Below are positions 63,820-64,000 of a stretch of DNA of 64,000 nucleotides, one piece after another (within the stretch, counting starts at the first letter, position 1; the number at the start of each line of letters is the position of its first letter). Source of the stretch: Convolutriloba macropyga (Eukaryota); contig NC_134474.1 of NCBI RefSeq assembly GCF_964194025.1, positions 61,256,001 to 61,320,000 on the forward strand, written 5' to 3'. The translations under genes were made by a program, and so were the position numbers. Below the pieces are notes generated by a model, which ran no database searches, was not told where the DNA came from, and saw only the letters and a program-made list of their open reading frames with translations.

Positions 63820-64000
63820 GCGAGCTGAGTTCTCAACGCACAGACGATGATGTGTTGTCCTCTTTTCTGATGGAGCCCAGTGACATATTGGGCGCAGATG
63901 AGGAAATGGAGGTGGATGACTCACAGTCGCAGCAGGCAATCCTGGGTGCAGGTCAGAGGCTGCTGGAAGACAGCTCGGCAGACAGTCTGCGGAGTCAGGA
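63820..64000 (+). CDS. FAF1: Probable next FAF1-like exon (acidic linker), runs off window
   Basis: TGTAG acceptor, phase 1, open frame ELSSQRTDDDVLSSFLMEPSDILGADEEMEVDDSQ..., raised GC content. Confidence 0.6.

Overview
AT-rich eukaryotic (invertebrate-like) genomic DNA dominated by transposable elements. One host gene is present: the 5' part of a multi-exon FAF1/Caspar-like UBA-UBL gene (48441 to beyond 64000, + strand). Main elements: (1) a decayed Polinton/adintovirus-type minor capsid (penton) gene beside palindromic minisatellites; (2) a full-length decayed Ty3/Gypsy LTR element (3959-13039, -) with TSD, PBS and PPT, carrying a third gene resembling class III (gB/chuvirus-G-like) fusion glycoproteins and a coiled-coil ORF; (3) a younger Gypsy element (17319-24292, -) with a ~1.1 kb low-complexity insert between RNase H and integrase; (4) at least four families of DINE-1/HINE-like non-autonomous Helentrons, some with a tRNA-derived pol III promoter, all seen in + orientation; (5) GG-ended MITEs with 8-bp TSDs; (6) CR1/Jockey- and L2-like LINE relics, partly re-amplified in tandem; (7) a 378-bp near-perfect palindrome ~0.9 kb upstream of FAF1; (8) an intronic Penelope-like element whose RT carries a PHD finger just before the YVDD motif. 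All protein family calls come from motifs recognised by eye, not from database searches.
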